A DNA stretch of 64,000 bases from Chara braunii (Eukaryota; Plantae; Charophyceae): positions 3,878,501-3,942,500 of the forward strand of contig BFEA01000001.1 of the NCBI GenBank assembly GCA_003427395.1, given 5' to 3'. Both the position numbers and the translations under genes were made by a program. The notes below the pieces were generated by a model that was given only the letters and a program-made list of their open reading frames with translations, had not been told where the DNA came from and did no database searches. Of the stretch, positions 24,939-36,490 are shown in pieces. The first letter of the stretch is position 1. Each line of letters starts with the position of its first letter.

Positions 24939-26390
24939 CTAAAAAGTACAGGCCACCACCATAACCAACACCCAAATACACCAAAGTAAGATGAAATTCA
25001 GTTTCGCCACACCAGATAAGATGAAATTCAACAGTTGTGCCCACACTGCCCTCCATTCCACAGTACCCAACGTGTCGCCATACTGACATCATCACCAAAC
25101 GCACTCAACGTGAGAAACTCCCACCTATCAATCAACGACATAACAATTAACCACTGCAAGCCTACTTGCCCGTGCTGCACAGCGGTTTGGTCACAACTAC
25201 CTGCAATGAGGCTCGTACAAGGAAACACACTTTTGAAAGTACTCTTGCTTCTGGATGACAAGAGGGCTTGCAAGCTGAAAAATACCGCCCTCCCTATTTC
25301 AAGCTGAAAAACAACCCGTCCCCTCATGTTCAGGGAGGGACACCAACGAAGTTCGCAGTATGCTGCACATGCAATGTAAGGGGAGCAGGAATGTCGAACG
25401 AAGTCACAAGATGCTTAACAAAACTCACAAATAAAGAAGGGGCGGAGGAAGGGGGGGAGAGACAGGGGCAGAGAGGGGGGGAGTGCTATATGCACGCTGG
25501 GGCAGAGGTGGGCACCGGGTGCCCACAGCCGGACCCACCTGCCCCACCCAACCCACACGGTGATGCAGTTGGGCTTGGGTCTACTTATGCCTTCTTGGGT
25601 GAGTGACGGGCGAGTGCAGCTATTGGGCATTTCTGGGTCATGGCGGGTCAACATACGCTCTGGGTCACCCGTCGGGTGAGTGACAGCTGGGTGAGGCGTT
25701 GGTTTGGGTCACCCAACCCACAGACACAGGACCACCTGAAAAAATGACCCCCCCCTCCCTCCACCTGGCCACCCTCCTTTGGTGACTTCCACCTTCTCCC
25801 CCTCAACAGAAAAGAGAGCCCTTGGGTCCACCTGTACAGTGCACAGGACCGAGGTTGAGAGAAAAGAAAAAGTGTGCCTGGGTACACTTGCTCAGGCACT
25901 AAACGAAGAACGTCGGGGCAAAAACAAAACGGTGTGGTCCAACAGTCCCGCCCCTCGCCCAGACACTAGAAGCAGAGCGTCAGGGCCTCAAAAAAAAAAA
26001 GGGCGCACTCCACCAATCCAGCCCCTCACCCGGTTTCTTCCCTGTACCCTTAAAAGATACAGTGGTCCCACCGACAGATGCCGCCGCGGGCCCACAAACA
26101 ACCGCGGCAGGGGCCCATCGTCGGGTGTGCCAGGGAGGGACAGGACCAACGCCAGCGCAAGCACCAAGTGGCGTGTGAAAAGAGCGTCACGTTAAAAGAC
26201 TAGCGAAGGGAAAAGCCGACCGCGGGTCGGAAACCGCATCGCGTGAAAAGATCGCCGCGTGAAATGACAAGCGAAGTCACACGAGAGGAAAGAGGCGGCG
26301 CGGGGCTGGGCGTCGGGCGCGGGAGGGTCCAGGCCGGCACAGGACCGCGCAGACTGCCAGCGGGTGAGGGGGCAAAGGGGAGGGAGGTAG

Positions 26391-26458
<68 letters not shown>

Positions 26459-27367
26459 NNNNNNNNNNNNNNNNNNNNNNNNNNNNNNNNNNNNNNNNNN
26501 NNNNNNNNNNNNNNNNNNNNNNNNNNNNNNNNNNNNNNNNNNNNNNNNNNNNNNNNNNNNNNNNNNNNNNNNNNNNNNNNNNNNNNNNNNNNNNNNNNNN
26601 NNNNNNNNNNNNNNNNNNNNNNNNNNNNNNNNNNNNNNNNNNNNNNNNNNNNNNNNNNNNNNNNNNNNNNNNNNNNNNNNNNNNNNNNNNNNNNNNNNNN
26701 NNNNNNNNNNNNNNNNNNNNNNNNNNNNNNNNNNNNNNNNNNNNNNNNNNNNNNNNNNNNNNNNNNNNNNNNNNNNNNNNNNNNNNNNNNNNNNNNNNNN
26801 NNNNNNNNNNNNNNNNNNNNNNNNNNNNNNNNNNNNNNNNNNNNNNNNNNNNNNNNNNNNNNNNNNNNNNNNNNNNNNNNNNNNNNNNNNNNNNNNNNNN
26901 NNNNNNNNNNNNNNNNNNNNNNNNNNNNNNNNNNNNNNNNNNNNNNNNNNNNNNNNNNNNNNNNNNNNNNNNNNNNNNNNNNNNNNNNNNNNNNNNNNNN
27001 NNNNNNNNNNNNNNNNNNNNNNNNNNNNNNNNNNNNNNNNNNNNNNNNNNNNNNNNNNNNNNNNNNNNNNNNNNNNNNNNNNNNNNNNNNNNNNNNNNNN
27101 NNNNNNNNNNNNNNNNNNNNNNNNNNNNNNNNNNNNNNNNNNNNNNNNNNNNNNNNNNNNNNNNNNNNNNNNNNNNNNNNNNNNNNNNNNNNNNNNNNNN
27201 NNNNNNNNNNNNNNNNNNNNNNNNNNNNNNNNNNNNNNNNNNNNNNNNNNNNNNNAAAAAAAAAAAAAAAAAGGTGCGGCAGTGTTTATTTCCATGTTCT
27301 AGCCGTAGACTCGTTCGATTTTGCTCATTCTATCGACGGAAGTACCATGGCCAGCGGCGAGGTTCGA

Positions 27368-27445
<78 letters not shown>

Positions 27446-28083
27446 GTGTGTCATACACACACACACAAAAAAAAAAGCCCCAGAAGCACCCCTCCCAGGG
27501 CCAGGTTGTGAGGTTGCATAAGGGGGAGGTGTGCGAGAGATAGCGAGAGAGAGAGAGAGGGAGTCTCCTTTTTTTGGGGGGGGGGGCAGGGGATTATCCA
27601 AATACCCCCACAAGTTCAGATATATGTCAAAATGTCCCTATAAAATATGGGCACAGTGGAATGGCCGTTTGGGCTGACATATTTGTGTTATGCCCCTGTC
27701 AGGCAGGTAGGCAAATACGCTTGGCCTTTTGCAATTGCACCTACGAAAACTTGGCAACTGCCGGGGCATTTTGCAAAGTTGGGCCGCATCCGGTAGGGGT
27801 ACATTGCAAAGATGGGGTCCAACTGATGGCTGGGGTGTTTCGCAAAATGTTTTAGTCATCATCCTTCGCCGCAGCATAGCTGCGGCAGGTCCACTTGTCT
27901 TTAAAGAAAAACGAGGGAGCAGATCTAGCCACAGTAGGTGGCTAGATCTGTCCACTTCGATCTTTGGCACAAACAGAGAGAGTCCAGCCCCTTACCGTTG
28001 CGCGACAGAGTGACGCTGGCAGGCGGCGCAAGGTAGAGTGGTGGCAGCATTGCTGGAGTCGTCGTGGGCATGTCTGCATCGGC

Positions 28084-28155
<72 letters not shown>

Positions 28156-29115
28156 GGTGGCATTGGTGGAGGTGCCGTGGGCAAGCTGCATCGGCAGAGA
28201 GAGAGAGGGAGTGGGGAGGGTGTAAGGAACTGGCACGGGCGGGTGCAGGTGGGTGCGGGGTGCAAAAAATTAGGTTTCGGGTGCAGGCTGGTAATGATGT
28301 TCTCAAGGGTGCGGGTGGGTCTGGGTGAGGACGTTTTGGGGTGGCAGGTGGGTCAGGCGCGGGGTTGAAATTTCAAAAGATATTTTGGGTGGGTGGGGTC
28401 GTCTAGAGGTGGAAATGATAATTCTTGGGTCGGGTGGGCGGTACAAATAAAAAATTGGGCAGGTTGGGTCACGGGTGAGGAAAAAAAGAAAATGCCCACC
28501 TCTGCGGCGGGGGGAATGGGGACCATTGGTCACAGGCAGAAGATGCTTAACACCCATCTTGAGCCAGAGGATCTGTACTGGGGTTCAGAAGATGGTTGAC
28601 AACTTTACACGCATTAGACGCACATGGGTTGAGAGACGAGGAGAGGGAGTCTCAACAAGGGTTGCAAGGCGCATTCGACAAACATAAGCAGAGGCATTTG
28701 CCGGTGTGGCAAGGTGGTCGATTTGGGGAGGGAGAAGTCTTAGTGCGATCAGAAGATGCTCAACACATTTTCTGGGGCTAGGAGGGTGGAGGAGGGTGCG
28801 TGGATAGTAGCTACAGGATGCATTCCGCACATGTGTGTTTGTGCGTGTGTGTTTGGGGGGNNNNNNNNNNNNNNNNNNNNNNNNNNNNNNNNNNNNNNNN
28901 NNNNNNNNNNNNNNNNNNNNNNNNNNNNNNNNNNNNNNNNNNNNNNNNNNNNNNNNNNNNNNNNNNNNNNNNNNNNNNNNNNNNNNNNNNNNNNNNNNNN
29001 NNNNNNNNNNNNNNNNNNNNNNNNNNNNNNNNNNNNNNNNNNNNNNNNNNNNNNNNNNNNNNNNNNNNNNNNNNNNNNNNNNNNNNNNNNNNNNNNNNNN
29101 NNNNNNNNNNNNNNN

Positions 29116-29153
<38 letters not shown>

Positions 29154-30511
29154 GAGAAGGTAAGGGGCTGTTGATGGGAGGGGCATCTGCCACAAATGCA
29201 CTTAATGGAAGCCGGAGAGTTCAAGGGAGTCCCAGACACTTCAGACACATACCCGGGTGGAAGGGGGAGCATCAATTGGAGTCAAATCATGCTTTACACA
29301 TGTTGGGTAAGACAGGTAGAGCGTGGGTAGCAGCTACAAGATGCATTACGCAGACATGTGCACAGAGAACACAGCATGCCATTTCTGCAAGGAGGAAAAT
29401 GGATCCTGGCAGAGAATGGGGCACAGGTGATGGCGAGGGGTGAGGAGGCAACATGCAAAATGTACCTGCGCACACTGAACAACCCGAATCGCCACAATAA
29501 TATATTGTCATAAGTGCGGTTATGTGAATCAGCTTGGTCTCTTCTCCATCTGTTGCTGTCAACTGCAACAGCTGCAATGCAACGCTGACTGTTTTGGAGA
29601 ATGATCAGCATGCGATCGAGCCCTTTATGTCCGTCCTGGAACATGTGAGATCACACGTGCTGATCAGCTCCTGCCGTCGTCAACAGGCTATCTTACCTGT
29701 AGGATCCTGTGATTCCCTGTAGGATCTTGAGATCGCATGTCCCAAAGATGTTTCCGGCCAATGCGCTTCCCAGCACACACATGCCCCAAGCTTGTGCCCT
29801 GTTTCCAGCGACAATTTGGTCCAACTAAAAAAAGTTTGTTCTCTTCAGCCATCACCCCTCCCATCTATTCTTCAGAGCTCATCCAGAATGTGAATGACTT
29901 TGACGACGAGCTCAAGTTCCAAAGCACACAGCTGCACTCGCGGTTAATCTCCTTGGCCGTAGCCCCTCCACCTCTTCTTAGAAACCAATCCAGTCCGAGA
30001 CTGTATTGTACTCTTGATAAACTGTATTTCAAGTTCCACAGAAATCGACAGCCCAAGTGCTGAGGCCGTCTGGGAAAAAAATGGGGTGCCAATGGACCCT
30101 CCGTAATAGGTTATATTTGCCCCTCTGCAGCACAACACAGTAGGCCCTGCACTATTTTTTGCCCCTCCCAGCAAAAGGTAATGAGTGGGGTAGGCCCTCT
30201 ATTGTTCTTCCACAGTGCAGGCCATCAACATGCCTGCATGCCTGCACATATCTGTGCACGTCCATGCATGCACTCATATGTGCAAACGTGTGTGAGCGTA
30301 GGGATGTGTGTTGTAAGCAATCACCACCACTGCCCCCTTTTCCACTCGGCCACATAGATGTGTAACTGAAAAATTATTTACACCATCTTTTCTTCTGTGA
30401 AGCGGATACTCTCCTAACATTGTCACATCCATCAGGATTTGAACTCGTCACCCGTTTTATCAACAGCTGCATGTGTGTGCCGTTCAGGCACAAGCTGGGC
30501 CACATTCCTTT

Positions 30512-30575
30512 TTGGGCAGGGGCCATGCTAATCTTCTCTGTGTGGTTTCATTTTCTAACGGATGTCCCAAAGGAC
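30512..30575 (-). pseudogene. U6 snRNA pseudogene, 3'-truncated, with target-site duplication
   Basis: Minus strand GTCCTTTGGGACATCCGTTAGAAAATGAAACCACACAGAGAAGATTAGCATGGCCCCTGCCCAA. Flanked by gctgggccacat (30494-30505) and gctgggacacat (30578-30589). Confidence 0.85.
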
Positions 30576-30629
30576 AGGCTGGGACACATCATTTCCATCT
30601 GATAACGTCTTCTGTTGCATAGCAGAACG

Positions 30630-30910
30630 CTTGTTTGTTCGTGACCTCGAGTGACTACCCACAAAGTGATTAAAGGGAACCCACTTTTCAGCTTTAGGGT
30701 AATGAATCTTTTGCTAAAATTAGGGTTTGGAGCTATGGAGTTTGTGACCTCGAGCGACTACCCACTTGTTTGTTCGTGACCTCGAGCGACTACCCACTTG
30801 TTTGTTCGTGACCTCGAGCGACTACCCACAAAGTGATTAAAGGGAACCCACTTTTCGGCTTTAGGGTAATGAATCTTTGCTAAAATTAGGTTTTGGAGCT
30901 ATGGAGTTTT
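30630..30910. repeat. Local tandem duplications (32-bp unit cttgtttgttcgtgacctcgagcgactaccca plus a ~90-bp unit)
   Basis: Direct inspection. Confidence 0.8.
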
Positions 30911-32730
30911 CCCGGCACCCGGGCACCCAACTGGTGCCCGAATACACTCCAGGGTGCCTGGCCAGGCATGACCACTAATTCATGCAAATTTGATTGACAG
31001 CAAATCGCGACTGATAGAAACTCCACACCAACCTTGTGTTGGAGAATCGCAACAGCACTCTTGATGGACACGAGAAAAAAAAATCCACTTGGGTGCCTAG
31101 AACAGGTTCACAACATACTACCTATGGGTGCACCACCCAGACTCTCTCCTTTCAGGCGCTAAAAATTGCGCTGTTCCTCTTTCCTGTCACTCAAAATGTT
31201 ACGAACGCATACTAACATGACATTTTTTTGCAAGTGTGGGAGGGTTATTGCCTCGGCATAGGGCCCTGCAGCAGGCACGTGCCCTCCCTAAGTGAAGGCG
31301 GGCCCCCTGAACCTCAATGCGCCTCACAAATGGCTAACGGGGACCCCCATTTTCAGGCCCTGGGTAACTAGTCCAAAACTGAAATTAGGGTTTCGGGGTC
31401 AAATTTTATGCTTTTTTTTGGGGGGGGGGATTTTTTTTTGCAGTTAATTTATGGTCTCCACTCTACGAATTGGTGGCAAGTTTGATTAAAATGACCCTTT
31501 GGTTTTCATATAAATGGCATGGCAAGTGGTCTGAAAATTAGGGTCTCCGTTAACCTTCTCTCAATGCGCCCTGAACTCGTCAATTTTTGCAAATCCTGGT
31601 CGTCGCTAGACAGTTGCCACGCGGCAGTTGGTTACATCCGCCTTCCTTGTGAGAATCCAAAATATTTGTGAGCCTTCCAGGCTCTTCCGGCACGTGGTGT
31701 AAGCAGGGAGCACCGCACATTCGTGCCTGGGTGGTTGGGCTTGCCTAACCAATTCGGTCCCCAGGCCACTGTCTGAATGGGCCTGGGCACAGACACTTTG
31801 GCCGAGACTCAAGCTAGTGGAAACTCGGTCTCACGTGGGAAGCGAGCGAAAGCACCCGCCACTCTCCATATAGGAAAGGGCAGCGCACCGGGGAGGACAT
31901 TCGGCACTTGCATTTACAAGCGGCAGCGCTGCTGGAGCTTTGTCGCGCAGGCTGCTTGCTGTGCTAGCACTAGTTGCAGGCGCACATGGGCGTCGAGAGC
32001 GTACAGGGCGCTGCTAAGGGCAGCGCCATAGCCCAGCCTTCCTAGCCAGGCTGGGACTTAGACATGGCCAGTGGAGGTGGTGGAGGTCTTCGTGCACGAG
32101 AGAGGAGACGGTAGAGAGGACGAGGGACAGAGTGAGAGATGAGGACAAGGATGATGATGTGAGGGCACGTACCTGGTCTTGGTGATGGTCTACAAGTACA
32201 AGGGTCTACATCTTCATGTACTTCGGTTCTGCTGCTGATGTCAACAGGATGCATTGTCAATTCGTAGGATGCTAGTAAGCTGTGTGATCGTAGTCTGGGC
32301 GCTGAGCGCCAAGTAGGAGAAAGGACTCCGGATACATATGTTGGTGGTGGCGAGAGTATGCTCTCATTGACATTCAGAATTTCAGATTCTGTGCTTTGTT
32401 TCTCCGTTGGTGGAATATCAGTGCATTACTGCTTTCTGGACAGCGTCTGGACTTGCTGGCTTTCAATGTGATTTTTGCACTCTGGGATTTCTGTCATTTC
32501 TATTGCTGATCACTAATCGTTTAACCACAGCCTATCTATTTTATACAGGATCCTACTGAGGTATTCTCTTGAAAAATCTGCCACCGTAACTCCTATGTGT
32601 CTAGGGTCACCTAATCAAGGCTCTAGTTCTAGGTCCCAGGTTCGAATTTGTGCAGCAGCAAACAAAAGAACAGCAAAAGTTAGAAACAGCCCACACTTGC
32701 GTCATCCTTGGGTCAGGTTTCAGGCATGAG

Positions 32731-32822
32731 TGTGTTTTGCCATGTTCGCTATACACAACTCCACAACAAAAAGCACGACTCTCCCAGACTGTTTCATCAC
32801 ACTTTCACTGACTCATTAAGAG
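32731..32822 (-). mobile_element. 5'-truncated third copy of the hammerhead-bearing short element
   Basis: Minus strand TTAATGA GTCAG TGAAAGT GTGAT GAAACAGTCTGG...GAGTTGTGTATAGCGAACATG; the tail is identical to 6326-6346. Confidence 0.65.
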
Positions 32823-34608
32823 TTTGTATGTGTGCGTGTGTGGTGTTTAGTAATCACCGAGTATCACACCCTCGTTCTCCGCAATGACGGCAGAATCTAG
32901 AAGAAAATTAAAATCGAGTGCAATGTTGGCCACATGTGTTCAGTTAAGCCCCAGCTGCAAATACACCAATCTGCCACAACAGCACACTTTCACGCTGTAA
33001 ACAGGGCCAGTGTGAAAAGGAGATTCGTGTGTCGGTATGGACAGGGGGGCAGATATTCTGCACCCACTTTATGTCCGCACATCGGAAGTAAGATGGGCAG
33101 AGAGAGGGAGAGGACAGGTCTCTTTACTTTTTACACATTGAGCAAGACGGTGGGGGTCAGGGGTGGGAGTGCAACGATTTCTTTGTTTTCCTTGACACGT
33201 TCATGGTAAGAAGAGGCGCATGTAGGGGGAAGAGAGTATACAGGAGCAGGAGAAAGTGGGTAGGGAGGAAGAAAGGAGGAGAGAGGAGGGGGAGAGAGAG
33301 GATAAGGTGAGAGGGATTCTTCAGATCTGCCTTCTTTTGGCACGCTCAAAGTAACAAGATGGAGGAGAGGTGTGAGAGACAGAGGCCGAGGGGAAGGAGG
33401 AGACACAGAGAGAAGGTTCACAAAAGACAGAGTGGCGCACCAGTATTATTTTCTCAGCTTAGATGTCTGAGAAAAGGGAGGGTTAGCGCAGAAGAGCAAG
33501 AGAGGCAGAGCGGCTTTTCCCTGGCACTATATTCGTATGGGGGATTAAAGCCATGGGGGGAGGGAGGGGAGAACGGAGAGAGGACAGAAAAAGAGATGGT
33601 GCAGTTGTGTTGTTTTGTCATCCGGAGCATTTAAGAGAGGAGAGAGAGAAGGGGGGGGGGGGAGGAGGAGATAAGAGGAGAGGTTGAAGCTGGCTGTTGC
33701 ATGTAGATCACACTATACACAAATGAGGAGGACGAGAAAGCAATGCGAGTGGAGAGAGGAGAACGCACAGAGAAGGGGGGGAGCCCTGGAAAATAACACG
33801 CATACAGCTGATATAGGCTAATTACGACGGACAGCCTCAAAATGGAGTGACACACAGGGGGGGGGGGGGGGGGGGATAGAGAGAGAGAGAGAAAGACCCA
33901 ACTGTTTCTATTGGCACTTCCTATATATCGGGAGGAAAACAGGGGGTGCGAGGAAGAGCGTGGCATCTTGTTTTGGGCTCCCCCCCCCCAAACCCCAGGT
34001 AATTGTGTCCATTCTCAACAAAAAGATCTACTATCCGTAGTGTGTTCTTCCTGCTTTTCTGTGGGCAAAGCAAGAACGCATCACCCACATGAACAATGCA
34101 CTGAAAGACTATTGAAATAAAGACTAAGGAAAATATTTTAAAAGTCCCAATGATGATAAAGACCTCGAGGTGACCGGGGGATGGGTTGAGCCATGCGGTC
34201 TTGAGAGACTGCTAGGACCGCCCCCCCGGCCCCCTCCTCCGGCACCCTGCCTTCCTTTGGATCTTCTGCTGTGCGACTGGGTGCTGCCAGTTAGCTTCCC
34301 GGCCAGCAGAAGTACCCCTGAAGGAAGGTCATGGTTTGGAGGGCTGGAAGATCCGTAGCAGCCCCTCCCTTGTATAGGCGACTAGTGCCGCAAGGGCCAG
34401 GTCGACCTTTTTCTTACTCTTTCCTTCTTTTCCTCATGCTTGCTGGTAATAAGCAAACGGACTGACGTCCCCCAGAATGGAAGGGGTTTTGTTTTGTTAA
34501 AAAAAAAAAAAAAAGTGAGAACGCTCAAGTGCTCAAGTAAAAAACACATCGGAAGAGCATTCACAAAAGCCATCAACATCTGTTGAAGTCGGGGAAGACA
34601 GCCCTCAC

Positions 34609-35307
34609 CTTTTGATCAAAGTCCACAGGAGATGGAGAGAAGACGAGCTGGTCGTTCTCGATCACAATATCAACAACAAACAGTGGCTTTCCGTCCTCTG
34701 ATTCCTCTTCTTTTCTAAAATCCAATGAGATGATACTTGAGTGGCGCCTGACTGTTTTCTCTGGAAAACCCGGAGCTCCCTCCCCATAGCTCGCACGCCT
34801 CTCCAGACCATCAACGACCTCACCAATAAGGTTGTCATACGTACTTCCTCTGCGTTCCTCCATATCACCGCCCTCCACAGTCCCAGAAACAGTGGACTTT
34901 GTCGCCTCTACTGCTGCCCTCATGCTCTCATGGGCCATTCTGCGGAGGAGGTCTTCCAGGGAATCAACCAGAAGAAGGTGAAGGGCGTCGCAGATTATGT
35001 AGTCGGCAAGACGAACAAAATTAATCAACTTGCGTTGCTCAGAGCGCTTGGCAGCTGTGATTGCATATGAAAACTTCTCTGGACCAGGAGGCTCTTCCAC
35101 CAGTGTAACATTGACAGATGATGACACAACCTGCCCCCCAGGTGATGCTCCTCGCATGAGGCCACCTAGGCTCCTCGGAGATGCTGGTCCATGCGGGTCA
35201 CTGCTGTCTCCCATTCCAGCCAAGTGTCGACCAAACAGCTTCTCCTCGAGAAGTACCAATGCTGCATCACATGATTCCTTCACTGCTCCCAAGTTTTTTT
35301 CAGAAAA
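34609..35307 (-). CDS. Exon (699 bp, phase 0/0) of an axonemal inner-arm dynein heavy chain, DNAH6-like N-terminal region
   Basis: tgcag acceptor before 35307 and AAG|gtgag donor after 34609. Peptide FSYAITAAKRSEQRKLINFVRLADYIICDALHLLLVDSLEDLL...PLFVVDIVIENDQLVFSPSPVDF resembles the DNAH6-type N-terminal tail (recognised from memory, not searched). Confidence 0.75.
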
Positions 35308-36233
35308 CTGCATGGCAAGACAAATCCAATGCGGAGGGAAGAAGAGGAGGGTGCGCCGGACGAGATGGCAGATCCGACCGGCAACACGCAAGAGGCCACA
35401 TGTTCCCCAGTTAGCAATTTCTGTTACATTCAGCTCTCAACCATTCGAAAGTGCCTTATCCATTCAGGGATTTAATTCAGGCCACACAATGCACATCGTT
35501 CTAGGTTTGGTGAACTTAGCTCTGACCTGCAGACAAAGCAGATAGGGAAGGCTAGCGCACCTGTCCAAGGTCAACAGTTTTTTTTATTTTTTTTCCATTT
35601 CTAAGACCGTTAGATTATCATCCTCACAACTAAAGAAATCGCTAATGTGACCGTTAGATTATCATCCTCACGACTAAGGAAATCACTAATGTGAGGACTC
35701 CGTAATCCCGGCCATCAACAGGCTCTGGGCCGTCGGCCCAGACTGGCAGCTGATGAGAAGTTGTTCAGATCAGCTGCCAATCTGGACATTCAGCGCGGTA
35801 CAGTCCCATCGACCACAGGGGATCGGCAGTCGATCTGCCAATGTGGGCCCTTCCGCCCATCTACGGCAGCACCTTGCGCAGTGCATTTTTGAAAGCTGCT
35901 GGGGACGCTGTGCGCTGTGGAGTTTGTTTGAGGGCCTTTGGTCCTAAGTCTGTCACGGAATTATTTGGGGGGCCATCCGAAAATCGTCCACAGTTTGTCA
36001 CGTTTGAATGATTATTTGCAAGTGAAGCCCTTGGTAGCATCTGCCTCGCTCGGAAGTTTCGGTTTGCCTTCTCTGTCTCCAGTGCGCAGACTTCCTACTA
36101 CTAACCTCTGCCGCGCCTCCCCTCCCTTCCCGCTGTGAAAGAGAGAGAGATCAGCATCTGGTTGCTGACTCACCCTGCATCCTGCTGCCGCCGGATGCTT
36201 CTTCAGTTCCCGTCCATCTCCTGCACCACTCCC

Positions 36234-36301
<68 letters not shown>

Positions 36302-36368
36302 ATATATAGTTCTTTCTTGTTTTCGTCATTCTTGCCCCCCCCGGGGATGGTTGACTTGCGAACTGATT

Positions 36369-36490
36369 GGGCATCGCCACACCACTCTCGAAATGTGAAA
36401 ACGACAAAAATGTGGCGGGTGCATCTGGCCATGTTCTAGCTGAGAGTTCATTCTCATTTCGCACATTTCGAGAGTGGTGTGGCGATGCCC
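36369..36490. mobile_element. Tourist/PIF-Harbinger-like mini-MITE (122 bp); relatives near 37680-37775, 47170-47240 and 47298-47437
   Basis: Perfect 29-bp TIRs (GGGCATCGCCACACCACTCTCGAAATGTG) and 3-bp TSD ATT. The core, approximately ttctag...ttcattctcattt(c/t)gcacattt, is shared with three other loci. Confidence 0.7.
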
